64,000 bases of DNA from an uncultured Acidobacteriota bacterium (GTDB lineage: Bacteria > Acidobacteriota > Thermoanaerobaculia > UBA5066 > Gp7-AA6). Positions within the stretch are counted from its first letter, which is position 1, and each line of letters begins with the position of its first letter. The stretch covers positions 36,331 to 100,330 of the forward strand of contig CAVRXJ010000007.1 of the NCBI GenBank assembly GCA_963725095.1, written 5' to 3'. Both the position numbers and the translations under genes were made by a program. Below the pieces are notes generated by a model. That model was not told where the DNA came from. It saw only the letters and a program-made list of their open reading frames with translations, and ran no database searches. Shown in pieces: positions 1 through 10,744 of the stretch.

Positions 1-2
1 GG

Positions 3-389
3 CGCCGCTCCGGAAGGGATCTCTCGATCTTGACCTACGGCGCCATGGTCTGGACGGCGCTCGACGCCGCGGCGACGCTCGAGTCCGAGGGGATCGACGC
101 CGAGGTGATCGACCTGCGCACACTCCTTCCGCTCGACGAGGAGGCGATCCTCGAATCCGTCGGCAAGACGAGCCGGGCCATCGTTCTTCACGAGGCCACC
201 CGGACGGGAGGCATCGGTGCGGAGATCGCCGCCGTGCTCGCCGAGAAGTGCTTCCAGAGCCTCGATGCCCCCGTCGTTCGGGTCACCGCGCCGGACACGC
301 CGGTGCCCTTCTCGCCGCCGCTCGAGGAGTTCTTCCTCCCGGACGCCGAAAAGGTGTGCCGCGCCGCTCGGGCGCTCGTCGGGTACTAG
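3..389 (+). CDS. 2-oxoacid dehydrogenase E1 component beta subunit, C-terminal fragment (5' end lies outside the window)
   Basis: Frame open from the window edge. ..ILTYGAMVWTALDAAATLESEGIDAEVIDLRTLLPLDEEAILESVGKTSRAIVLHEA..GGIGAEIAAVLAEKCF..LDAPVVRV is the typical transketolase-C-terminal region of E1 beta subunits. Confidence 0.85.
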   Translation, partial: RRSGRDLSILTYGAMVWTALDAAATLESEGIDAEVIDLRTLLPLDEEAILESVGKTSRAIVLHEATRTGGIGAEIAAVLAEKCFQSLDAPVVRVTAPDTPVPFSPPLEEFFLPDAEKVCRAARALVGY

Positions 390-425
390 GACGGTCACCC
401 GAGGATTTCGGATAGCCTAGGCCCC

Positions 426-913
426 GTGAAATTTCAGGGCACCGTCTCGATCAAGGCTCCCCGCAAGAAGGTCTGGGACTTCCTGACCGATCCGAACGAG
501 GTTTCCTCCTGCGCTCCGGGGCTCGAGTCGCTCGAGATCGTGGAGCCCGACAAGAAGTTCCGGGCCACGACGTCGATCGGCTTCGGGATGGTGAAGGTCC
601 GCTTCGTCAACGACGTCGAATGGGTGGAGATGGACGCTCCCAACATGGCGCGGATGAAGGCGCACGGCACGGCGCCGGGAAGCGCCGTGGACGCGACCAC
701 GTCGATGACCTTGAGCGACGGCGCCGACGGCGCGACGGACCTCGCGTGGACCGCCGACGTGAACGTCGTCGGCACGGTCGCGAGCCTGGCGGCGCGGCTG
801 ATGGGCAGCGTCACGAACAAGCTGACGAGCGCGTTCTTCGAGAAGGTGCGCGAGGAAATCGAAGGCGTCCGCCTGACGTATACTCCGCCGCGCTCGCGGG
901 CGAAGGGGGCGAC

Positions 914-917
<4 letters not shown>
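426..917 (+). CDS. coxG: CoxG-like SRPBCC protein (carbon monoxide dehydrogenase subunit G family)
   Basis: Intact 163-aa ORF with GTG start. [26 protein letters not shown].. resembles CoxG family N-termini. The stop overlaps the next start (ATGA at 914-917). First gene of the cox-like cluster. Confidence 0.7.
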
Positions 918-1381
<464 letters not shown>

Positions 1382-1396
1382 CCGCGGGAGGACGTC

Positions 1397-3748
1397 ATGG
1401 CATCGCGCATTTTCGGGTCGGGCATCAAGCGGCGCGAGGATCCGCGCCTGATCACCGGGCAGGCGAAGTACACCGACGACTTCGTCCTCCCCGGCATGGC
1501 GCACCTGGCCGTCGTCCGGTCGCCCTACGCGCACGCGAAGATCAAGGCGATCCGCACGAAGAAGGCGGCCGCCATGGAAGGCGTGCTCGGCGTCTTCACG
1601 GGCAAGGACATGAAGGACGCCGGCTTCGGCCCCATCCCCTGCGCGTGGGTCGTGCCCGGGTCGGACACGAAGACGCCGCCCTACCCGCCCATCGCGATCG
1701 ACACCGTGCGCTACGTCGGCAACGCCGTGGCGATCGTCGTGGCGACGGACCGTTACATCGCGCGGGACGCCGCGGATGCGGTCGAAGTCGACTACGACGC
1801 CCTGCCTTCCGTCACCGACGCGGAGAAGGCGACGCAGAAGGGCCAGCCCCAGCTCCACGCGGACGTCCCGAACAACGTCTGCTTCAAGTGGAACGTCAAA
1901 GGGGGCGACACGGACGCCGCCTTCCGCTCGGCCGACGTGGTCGTCAAGGAGCGGATCGTCAACCAGCGCCTGATCCCGAATGCCATCGAGCCGCGCGCGG
2001 CGCTGGCGCAGTACACGTCCTCGACCAACGAGGTCACGCTCTGGGTGACGTCGCAGAATCCGCACATCGTGCGGTTCCTGCTCTCGCTCGACACCGGGAT
2101 TCCGGAGCACAAGATCCGCGTCATCGCGCCTGAGGTCGGCGGCGGCTTCGGCAGCAAGATCCCCCACTACCCGGAAGACGCGATGGTCATCTTCGCCGCG
2201 AAGATGTGCGGCTGCCCGGTCAAGTGGACCGAGACGCGCAGCGAGAACTACCGGTCGACGATCCACGGGCGCGACCACATCCAGGACGTGGAGATGGCCG
2301 CCCGCAAGGACGGGACGATCCTGGCGCTGCGCGCGAAGGTCTGGGCCAACCTCGGCGCGTACCTCTCGACCGCCTCGACGGGCATCCCGACGATCCTCCA
2401 CGGGCTGATGCTGTCGGGCGCGTACGACATCAAGAACATCCACGAGGACGTGTACGGCGTCTTCACCAACACGACGCCCACCGACGCCTACCGGGGCGCG
2501 GGACGGCCCGAGGCGACGTTCATGGTGGAGCGGCTGGTCGATCTGCTGGCCAGGAAACTGAAGATGGACCCGGCGGAGATCCGGAAGAAGAACTTCATCC
2601 CGCCCTTCACCGACGGCCACACGGTCGCGACCGGCCTGGTCTACGACTCGGGCAACTACCGCGCGGCGTTCGACAAGGCGCTCGCGATGCTCGACTACAC
2701 GGGCCTGCGCAAGAAGCAGGCGGAGCTGCGCCAGAAGGGCGAGCACCTCGGCATCGGCATCAGCACCTACGCGGAGATCTGCGGCCTCGGCCCGTCCCAG
2801 GTCGCCGGCGCCGTCGGGTTCGGCGGCGGGCTCTGGGAGAGCGCGATCGTGCGCTTCCACCCCTCCGGAAAGGTCGACGTCATGGTCGGCATCTCGCCGC
2901 ACGGCCAGGGCGAGGAGACGACCTTCGCCCAGATCGTCGCGAGCGAGCTCGGCGTCTCCGTCGACGACGTCGCCGTCGTCCACGGCGATACCGAGCGCAC
3001 GCCGATGGGCTGGGGCTCCTACGGAAGCCGCTCGACGCCGGTGGGCAGCGGAGCGCTCATGGGCGCGATCGGGAAGATCCGCGAGAAGGCCAAGATCGTC
3101 ACGGCGCACCTGCTCGAGGCCGCGGTCGAGGACATCGACTACGCCGACGGCAAGTTCTTCGTGAAGGGAACGCCCTCGAAGTTCAAGACGATCCAGGACG
3201 TGGCGTTGATGGCCAACGTGGCCTGGAACTATCCGAAGGGGCTCGAGCCGGGGCTCGAGGCGTCGGCGTTCTTCGACCCGCCCAACTTCGTCTACCCCTT
3301 CGGCGCGCACCTCGCGGTCGTTCGGGTCGACCCCGAGACGGGGGCCATCCGCCTCGAGCGCTACGTCGCCGTGGACGACTGCGGCCGCGTGATCAACCCG
3401 ATGATCGTCGAGGGGCAGATCCACGGCGGCATCGTGCAGGGCATCGGGCAGGCGCTCTGGGAAGGCGCGGCCTACGACGAGAACGGGCAGCTCACGACCG
3501 GGTCGATGATGGACTACGCCCTGCCGCGCGCGGAGTTTTTCCCGAACTTCGAGCTCGGCATGACGGAGACGCCGACCAACGTGAATCCCCTGGGCGTCAA
3601 GGGGATCGGGGAGACCGGCACGATCGCCTCGACGCCCGCCGTCTACAACGCCGTGATGGACGCGCTGGCGCCCTTCGGCGTCGAGAAAGTGAACATGCCG
3701 CTCACACCCGAGCGGGTCTGGCGCGCGATCCAGGACGCGCGGAGGTAG
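1397..3748 (+). CDS. coxL: Molybdopterin-binding large subunit of a form-II CoxL-like aerobic dehydrogenase
   Basis: Intact 783-aa ORF of the xanthine dehydrogenase/CoxL family. The active-site loop reads AYRGAGR (2486-2506), which is the form-II signature, not the AYxCSFR of true CO dehydrogenases. Confidence 0.9.
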   Translation: MASRIFGSGIKRREDPRLITGQAKYTDDFVLPGMAHLAVVRSPYAHAKIKAIRTKKAAAMEGVLGVFTGKDMKDAGFGPIPCAWVVPGSDTKTPPYPPIAIDTVRYVGNAVAIVVATDRYIARDAADAVEVDYDALPSVTDAEKATQKGQPQLHADVPNNVCFKWNVKGGDTDAAFRSADVVVKERIVNQRLIPNAIEPRAALAQYTSSTNEVTLWVTSQNPHIVRFLLSLDTGIPEHKIRVIAPEVGGGFGSKIPHYPEDAMVIFAAKMCGCPVKWTETRSENYRSTIHGRDHIQDVEMAARKDGTILALRAKVWANLGAYLSTASTGIPTILHGLMLSGAYDIKNIHEDVYGVFTNTTPTDAYRGAGRPEATFMVERLVDLLARKLKMDPAEIRKKNFIPPFTDGHTVATGLVYDSGNYRAAFDKALAMLDYTGLRKKQAELRQKGEHLGIGISTYAEICGLGPSQVAGAVGFGGGLWESAIVRFHPSGKVDVMVGISPHGQGEETTFAQIVASELGVSVDDVAVVHGDTERTPMGWGSYGSRSTPVGSGALMGAIGKIREKAKIVTAHLLEAAVEDIDYADGKFFVKGTPSKFKTIQDVALMANVAWNYPKGLEPGLEASAFFDPPNFVYPFGAHLAVVRVDPETGAIRLERYVAVDDCGRVINPMIVEGQIHGGIVQGIGQALWEGAAYDENGQLTTGSMMDYALPRAEFFPNFELGMTETPTNVNPLGVKGIGETGTIASTPAVYNAVMDALAPFGVEKVNMPLTPERVWRAIQDARR

Positions 3749-3752
3749 GCCG

Positions 3753-4620
3753 ATGTATCCCGACAACTTCGCGTACTTTCGCCCCCGGACGCTGGCGGAG
3801 GCGTCGGCGCTCCTGAAGAAGCACAAGAACTCCCGGGTCATCGCGGGCGGACACAGCCTGCTGCCGGCGATGAAGTTCCGCCTCGCCAATCCGAAGGCCC
3901 TCATCGACATCGGCGGCATCAAGGGCCTGTGCGGCATCCAGACCCGCGGCAAGGCCCTCTGGATCGGCGCGACGACGACGCATGCCGAGATCGCGGCATC
4001 GGCCCTCGTCCGCAAGTCCTGCGCCGTCCTCGCGGAGGCCGCCTCCCAGATCGGCGACCTGCAGGTCCGCAACCGCGGGACCATCGGCGGCTCGGTGTCC
4101 CACGCGGATCCCGCCGCGGACTTCCCCACGGTCCTCGTCGCCCTCGGCGCCACGATCGTCGCCCGCGGGCCAAAGGGCGAGCGCAAGATCGCGGCCGGGG
4201 ATTTCTTCCTGGACCTGTTCACGACGGCCCTGAAGCCCGGCGAGCTCGTCGCGGCGGTCCTCGTGCCGCCCTACGGCAAGGGCACGGGCGGGGTGTACCT
4301 GAAGCACGGCCATCCCGCGTCCGCCTACGCCGTCGTCGGCGTCGCGGCCATCGTCCAGATGAAGGACGGCGTCTGCGCCCGCGCGAGCCTCGTCGTCGGC
4401 GGGGCGACGCCCAATCCCGTCCGGGCCGCCGCGGCCGAGGAGGCGCTGGCGGGCAGGAAGCCCGACGCCGCGGCGATCGCCGCCGCGGCCGGAAGGGTCG
4501 CCGCCGCGATCACGCGACCCGCTGTCGGACTCCTACGCCTCGGGAGAGTTCCGGGTGCACCTGGCGACGGTCATGGCGAAACGTGCCCTCCAAACGGCCG
4601 CGGAACGCGCCCGGGGCTGA
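3753..4620 (+). CDS. coxM: FAD-binding medium subunit (CoxM type), one frame break
   Basis: ..VIAGGHSLLPAMKFRLA.. and ..RNRGTIGGSVSHADPAADF.. are FAD_binding_5 motifs. The frame breaks near 4512. The protein continues in the next frame as DPLSDSYASGEFRVHLATVMAKRALQTAAERARG with a stop at 4618-4620. Confidence 0.85.
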
Positions 4621-5531
4621 CCGGCCCGCCGGGCCCGCGGGAGGTCCGCCCGACTCGATCGACGCGCTGCAGGCGGCGCTCCGGCGGCGCAACTACTTCG
4701 CCGGGCGGAGCCTCGCGACCTCGATCTTCCTCTCGCTGAAGCTTCACCGCCCCCTGTTCCTCGAGGGCGAGGCCGGCACCGGCAAGACCGAGGTCGCCAA
4801 GGTGCTCGCCGACGTGCTCGCGACGGACCTCATCCGCCTGCAGTGCTACGAAGGGCTCGACGTCCACCACGCCGTCTACGAATGGAACTACGCCCGCCAG
4901 ATGATGCACATCCGTCTGGCGGAGTCCAAGGGCGAATCGACCGACGAACGCGCGCTCTTCGGCCCTGACTTTCTCGAGCGGCGGCCCCTGCTCGAGGCGA
5001 TCGACCCCGTCCGGAAGAGGGCCCCGGTGCTGCTCGTCGACGAGATCGATCGCAGCGACGAGGAGTTCGAAGCCTACCTGCTGGAGGTCCTCTCGGACTA
5101 CCAGATCACGATCCCGGAGATCGGGACGATCCGCGCCGCGCATCCTCCGGTCGTCGTCATCACCTCGAACCGGACGCGCGAGGTCCACGACGCCCTGAAG
5201 CGCCGCTGCCTCTACCAGTGGATCGACTACCCCTCGCCGCAGGAAGAGCTGGCGATCGTCACCGCGAAGGTGCCGGGCGCCTCCGAGCGCCTGGCCCGGC
5301 AGGTGGCGCGGCTTCGTCGCCGAGCTGCGGCGCGCGGACCTCTACAAGCTTCCGGGGATCGCCGAGACGCTCGACTGGACGGCCGCGCTCGTCGCGCTCG
5401 ACCGGGTCGCCCTCGACCCGGCCGTCGTCGACGACACCCTCGGCCTCCTCCTGAAGTACCAGGACGACGTCGCGAAGGTGCGCGGCGAGGCCGGAGCGGC
5501 GATGCTCGAACGGGTGCGGGCGGCCGGATGA
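4583..5531 (+). CDS. coxD: MoxR-type AAA+ ATPase (CoxD-like), one frame break, start uncertain
   Basis: Walker A GEAGTGKT and Walker B VLLVDEIDR. GTG 4583 is the first in-frame start I can see, and it overlaps the coxM end. Frame break near 5305. The C-terminus ..FVAELRRADLYKLPGIAETLDW...MLERVRAAG stops at 5529-5531. Confidence 0.75.
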
Positions 5532-6720
5532 GCGGCCACCTCCTCCGCAACACGCTGCTCTTCGGGCGGGTCCTGCGGGGACTGGGGCTCCCCGTCGGGC
5601 CCGGGCGCCTGATCGACCTCGTGGCCGCGCTCGAGCACGTCCCGATCGGCAACCGGCGGGACTTCGCCGCCGCGGCGCGCTGCGTCCTCGTGCAGCGCCG
5701 CGAAGACCTGTCCCGCTTCGACGAAGCGTTCGAGGCGTTCTGGCGCAAGCCGTCGCGGGGCAAGAGCGCCCGGGACCTCTCGTCGCTCGGCGAGCGGCGG
5801 CGGTTCGAACGGCCCCGCTTCGAGTCCTCGGCGCCCGGACCTCGCGGCGGCCGGGCACGGACGGCGCGCGGGAGGACCCCTCCGTGCGGAACCTTCGGCC
5901 CGTCCGCACGTGGAGCGCGCTCGACGTGCTCCGGCACAAGGACTTCGCCGCCCTGACGGCCGAGGAGCTCGACGCCGTGGCCGCCCTCTTGAAGAGCGCC
6001 GACGGGCGCGTCCCCTCCCGGCCGAGCCGGCGGTTTGCCGCCGGCGGCCGCGAGCGCCTCGACCTGCGGCGCACGCTCCGGCGGAGCCTGCAGCACGGCG
6101 GCGAGATCGTTTCCTGGGAGCGGGACCGGCGCCGGGACCGTCCGCGGCCGCTCGTGGCGCTGGCCGACATCAGCGGGTCGATGGAGCGCTACACGCGGCT
6201 GCTGCTCCTCTTCCTCCACGGCCTCGCCCGGCGGCGCGACCGGCGCATGGAGACCTTCCTCTTCGGCACGCGCCTGTCGCGCGTCACCCGCGAGCTCTCC
6301 CGCGGCGACGCGGACGCGGCCCTGCGCGAGGTCGCCCGCGGCGTTCCCGACTGGTCCGGCGGGACGCGCATCGGCGAGACGCTCAAGGAATTCAACTTCC
6401 GCTGGGGCCGCCGCGTGCTGTCCGGCGGTCCGGTCGTTCTGCTGATCAGCGACGGCTGGGACCGGGGCGATCCGGCCCTGCTGTCCCGCGAGGTCGCGCG
6501 CCTGCAGCACAGCTGCCACCGTCTCGTGTGGCTGAACCCGCTCGCCGGCGCGCCGGACTACGAACCGCTCACGCGCGGCATGCGCGCGGCGCTGCCCCAC
6601 GTCGACGACTTTCTCCCGGCGCACAGCCTCGCGAGCCTCGAGGACCTGCGGCGGCGCCTGGAGGATCTTCCGCCGGAACGGCCGGCCCGGCGCCCGCGCC
6701 CGGCGGTCGCGGCCGCATGA
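5528..6720 (+). CDS. coxE: VWA-domain protein (CoxE-like), one frame break
   Basis: ATG 5528 overlaps the coxD stop (ATGA). N-terminus MSGHLLRNTLLFGRVLRGLG.. Frame break between about 5830 and 5885. MIDAS-like ..LVALADISGSMERY.. and ..VVLLISDGWDRGD.. Stop at 6718-6720. Confidence 0.75.
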
Positions 6721-7769
6721 GGGACGTCCTCGCCGAGGTCGACCGCTGGCGCGCGGCGGGAGCGCCGATCGCCGTCGCGACGGTGGTCGAGACCTGGGGC
6801 TCGGCGCCCCGCGCGGCGGGTGCGCGGATGGCGGTGACATCCGGCGGAGACATCGCGGGCTCCGTCTCCGGCGGCTGCGTCGAGAACGCCGTCATCGAGG
6901 CCGCGCGCGAGTCGATTGCGAGCGGCCGCCCGCGCCTCCTGCACTTCGGCGTCGCCGACGACACGGCCTGGCAGGTGGGCCTGGCCTGCGGCGGGACGAT
7001 CGAGGTCTTCGTGGAGAAGCTCGAGCCTGCGCTCTACGAGGTCCTCCGAACGGAGGTGCTGGAGGAGCGCGCCGTGGCCGCGGCCACCGTCGTGCGCGGG
7101 CCCGAGGCGCTGCTCGGACGCCGCCTGGCCGTGCTCTCGGACGGGTCCGTCCGCGGCGCGATCGGCGAGGGCCTCGATGCCGTCGCGGCCGAGGCGGCCC
7201 GAGCGGCGCTTTCGTCGGGCGCAACCCGCCGCGTCGCCGCGGGCCCGGGCGATGCCGTCGACCTCTTCGTCGAGGTGCTGCGCCCGCCCATCCGCCTCGT
7301 GATCGTCGGCGCCGTCCACATCGCCGTCGCGCTCGTGGCGCTCGCGCGCGACCTCGGCCTGCGCACGGCCGTCGTCGATCCGCGGGAGGCCTTCGCGAAC
7401 CGGCAGCGTTTTCCGGACGCGGACCGCCTCGTGACGCTCTGGCCCGACCGCGCGCTCCAGGAGCTTCCGGTCGACGCCGATTCGGCCGTGATCGTCCTGA
7501 CGCACGACCCGAAGCTCGACGATCCCGCCATCGTCGCCGCCCTCGCGGGGCCCGCGTTCTACGTCGGCGCGCTCGGCAGCAAGCGCACGCAGGAGAAGCG
7601 GCGCGCGCGCCTTCTCGCCGCGGGAGTGCCCGAGACCCAGCTTTCCCGCCTGCGGGCCCCGATCGGGCTCGACCTCGGCGGGAGGTCGCCGGAGGAGATC
7701 GCCCTGTCGATCCTCGCGGAAGTGGTCCGGATCCGGAACAAGGGCGCCGACGCGCAGGCGGCCCGCTAG
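6717..7769 (+). CDS. xdhC: XdhC/CoxI-family molybdenum-cofactor insertion accessory protein
   Basis: ATG 6717 overlaps the coxE stop (ATGA) and the frame is intact. ..GSVSGGCVENAVIEAA.. followed by a Rossmann-like ..RLVIVGAVHIAVAL.. is typical of the XdhC_CoxI plus XdhC_C arrangement. Confidence 0.8.
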   Translation: MRDVLAEVDRWRAAGAPIAVATVVETWGSAPRAAGARMAVTSGGDIAGSVSGGCVENAVIEAARESIASGRPRLLHFGVADDTAWQVGLACGGTIEVFVEKLEPALYEVLRTEVLEERAVAAATVVRGPEALLGRRLAVLSDGSVRGAIGEGLDAVAAEAARAALSSGATRRVAAGPGDAVDLFVEVLRPPIRLVIVGAVHIAVALVALARDLGLRTAVVDPREAFANRQRFPDADRLVTLWPDRALQELPVDADSAVIVLTHDPKLDDPAIVAALAGPAFYVGALGSKRTQEKRRARLLAAGVPETQLSRLRAPIGLDLGGRSPEEIALSILAEVVRIRNKGADAQAAR

Positions 7770-9477
7770 CTTCCGATCGACCGCCGCGAGCCGAGCCCGA
7801 TCAGCGCCTCCCGGAGGCGGCGATGCCCCTGCAAGAGCCGCAGGTACCGGCGCTCCGAACGCCCCGCCTTCGCCCGAAGGATCCGCACGACCGCCTTCGC
7901 GTTCGCCGCGCGACCAGCGCCCGAGATCCGGGATGAGGTCGAGGACGGGCGCAAACTCCTCGAAGGCCTTCCGCTCGCCCGGCGCGAGACGATCGGGACG
8001 CAATCCGAGCCGATCGGCCACACGCCGCTCGGCCGACACGCGGGCGCGATGCCGCGTCGCCTCGGTGGCGCTTCGCCATGCGGCGGTTCACGGCCAGGCC
8101 CAGGTGGCGGACGTGGAAGCGGTCCCAGTCTCCGGAGGGAGCTCCGGGCACCTCGTAGAGGACGTTGTGTGTCACGAGCGTCCGCAGCGTCGCCGGCGAG
8201 GAACGGTAGCTCGGATCGGCGCGGATCCGCTGCTCTTCCCTCGCGACGCGCCGCGCGATCCCGGGGTCCGTCGGCCGAAAGCCGAGCTTGCGGTAGAACC
8301 AGAAGGCGCCGGAGTCGATCGCCTCGGCGTTCTCGAAACCGAGCTGGTAGGGATCGACCGAGAAGGACGTCACGCCGAGCGCATCGCGGTGGAACTTCAT
8401 GACCTGCGCGTAGATCCAGGCCGACTCCCCCTCCCGAAACGCGTAGTACATGTTGAAACCGATCTCGAGCCGATCGAAGAAGGCGAGCCCTTCGATGTAG
8501 CCGATCGGCACGCCGTTCTTCACGACGAACCCGCCGTAGGCCGCCCGCAGCGGCAGCCGCCGCTCGGGCCGGATCCCGAGCAGGAAGAGCTCGACGCCCC
8601 TTCCCGGCCGCGCCGCGAGGACCGAGGAGGGGTCGGCGAAGGTGAACGTGTAGAACTCCCGATACCGCGCCGCGGTGGTCTCGCGGACGAGGTCGCAGAG
8701 CCTTTCGCCCTCGCGGCGCGAGAGCCTCCGCACCGGCAAGCGGCGGCTCCGCGAAGACCGCGTCGAGGGAGACGTCGCGGCGCGACAGCAGCGGCCCCTC
8801 GTGGAGGAACAGGGCCCGCGCCGGCAGGCGCATCCGGGTGCGCGAGGCGCGGGAGTCGCCGAGGTTCCATTCCATCGGGACGCCGAGCGCGTCCCAGCGG
8901 TCCGCCTTCTCCTCGTCGGAGAACGGAAGGCGGTCGTAGCGGTCGAGCAGCCAGCCCGCTTCGCCGCGAGCGCCCGCCGGCCGCGGCGCGCAGCCAGTCG
9001 AGGTAGGGGACGTTGGCGTCCGCGAGGGCCTCCTCCTCGAGCAGCGGCAGGAAGTGGGGCCAGGTCGACCGCATCCGGTCGGCAGCGTCGCACGCTCCCC
9101 AGTCGATCCGGATCCGGCGGCCGTGCCGGGCGCGCAGCCAGCGGGCGAGGTCGAACGAGAAGTCGGTCGTGATCGTCGTCCCGGCGACACCCGCGACCTC
9201 CGGGGCGTCGAACGCGGCCATGTCGCCGCCCGCCGCCTCGTATCGCCGCACGAGACCCGACATCCGGGAGAGCATCGAGTCGGCCTTTCGCGCGACTGCC
9301 TCGACGGCGGATACGCGCGGAGAAAGAGCAGCCGATCGTGCAGGCGCAGGATCCGGCCGGCGTCCCTTCCGACAGCCTTCGGAGCCGATCCAGCGCGCGC
9401 GCAAGTTCGGCCGGCGCCATGCGGCGCACCCGCGGCTCCTCGAGACGCGCGAAGAGAATGTCGGCAGGCGAGGACAC
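7766..9477 (-). CDS. Conserved hypothetical protein (~570 aa) with a GNAT-like C-terminal region; about 5 frame breaks
   Basis: Fragments from three minus-strand frames join sensibly, from MSSPADILFARLEEPRVRRMAPAELARAL.. through ..GGFVVKNGVPIGYIEGLAFFDRLEIGFNMYYAFREGESAWIYAQ..SGAFWFYRKLGFRP (GNAT-like) to ..RRYLRLLQGHRRLREALIGLGSRRSIGS. Breaks lie near 9370, 8990, 8750, 8050 and 7925. The stop overlaps the xdhC stop by 2 nt (convergent genes). Confidence 0.5.
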
Positions 9478-9724
9478 GCGGCCCGATGCTAGCAGGGTGG
9501 CATGTCCGGCATTCCTGACGCCGCCGGCTCCGTCGCGGTCAGGCGGGCGAGCCGCTCGAGCAGGCGCGCCGTTTGCGTCGCGCCCAACCGGCGGACGGAC
9601 GGTTCCCCGAGTCGGTCGAACAACGAATCGATTCGGCTCGGCACGGGGCCAGATGCTATCTCCGACGCGACCGCTAACGCCGGCGACCCGGCAGCCGTAT
9701 AGGATTCATCGCGAGGGAAGACGG

Positions 9725-10744
9725 ATGAAGGTCGCCACTCCGCCCCGGCGGGCGCTTCGCTTCGGGCCGTGCCTCCTTCTGTTCTGCGCGGCGGCGGCGG
9801 CTCAGGACCTGGCGTCCTTCGAGCGGCGTGTCACGACCCGGCAGCTCGAGAACGGGCTGACCGTTCTCATCTGCGAGCGTCCCGGCGCGCCCGTCTTTTC
9901 CTTTTTCACGCACGTGAACGCCGGGGGAGCCCAGGAGGTTCCGGGCATCCTCGGCCTGGCGCACCTCTTCGAGCACATGGCCTTCAAGGGGACCGACCGG
10001 ATCGGCACGACCGACTACGCGGAATATGGTCGTGACGCTTGTGGGCGACGTGACGGCGCGCGAGGCCCTGCCGCTCGTCGAGAAGTATCTGGGCCGCCTT
10101 CCGAAGGGCCCGCGCCCCGAGCCGCTGCGCACCGTCGAACCCCCGCAGATCGCGGAGAAGGAAGTCATCCTCTGGGATCCGTCCCAGCCCTTCTACATCG
10201 AGGGCTACCACAAGCCCGGGGCCCTCCATCCGGACGACGCGGTCTACGACGCGATCCAGGACCTGCTCTCGGAGGGCCGCACGTCGCGTCTCTACCGCAG
10301 CCTCGTGCGGGACAAGAAGGTCGCCGCGAACGCCTCGGGCTTCAACGGATTTCCGGGAGTCAAGTACCCCAACCTCTTCGCCTTCTTCGCCGTCGCGACC
10401 CCGGGCACACCAACCGCGAGGTCGCCGACGCGATTCACGGCGAGATCGAGCGTCTGAAGCAAGAGGACGTCTCGCCGGCCGAGCTCCAGATGGTCCGGAC
10501 GCGGGCCCGGGCCAACCTGATCCGCCGGCTTGCCGACAACGAGGGGCTCGCCGTCGAGCTCGGCACGGCGCAGGCGCTCTACGGCGACTGGCGCGAGATC
10601 TTCCGAAAGGTCGATCGAATCGAAAAGGTTCGCGCCGAGGACATCCGGCGGGCGGCCCGGGCCACGTTCGTCGCCAACAACCGCACCGTCGGACGGATCG
10701 AGACGCAGAAACCCGCGCCGGCGGCGACGGAGGCGCAGCCGTGA
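9725..10744 (+). pseudogene. M16 family zinc peptidase with signal peptide, internally deleted (~115-125 aa missing) plus a further frame break
   Basis: Signal peptide MKVATPPRRALRFGPCLLLFCAAAAAQ and inverted zinc motif HLFEH (9962-9976). About 20 aa after HxxEH (..GTDRIGTTDYAE, ~10020) the sequence jumps directly to NMVVTLVGDV. In M16 enzymes that motif normally lies about 140 aa after HxxEH. A second frame break lies near 10410. Confidence 0.6.

Noticed and set aside
3929-5956. 675-aa plus-strand ORF spanning coxM, coxD and coxE
   Set aside because: It is a chimeric read-through. Only its middle part (MoxR ATPase) and its tail (CoxE N-terminus) are in the true frame. The first ~230 aa are an out-of-frame reading of coxM.
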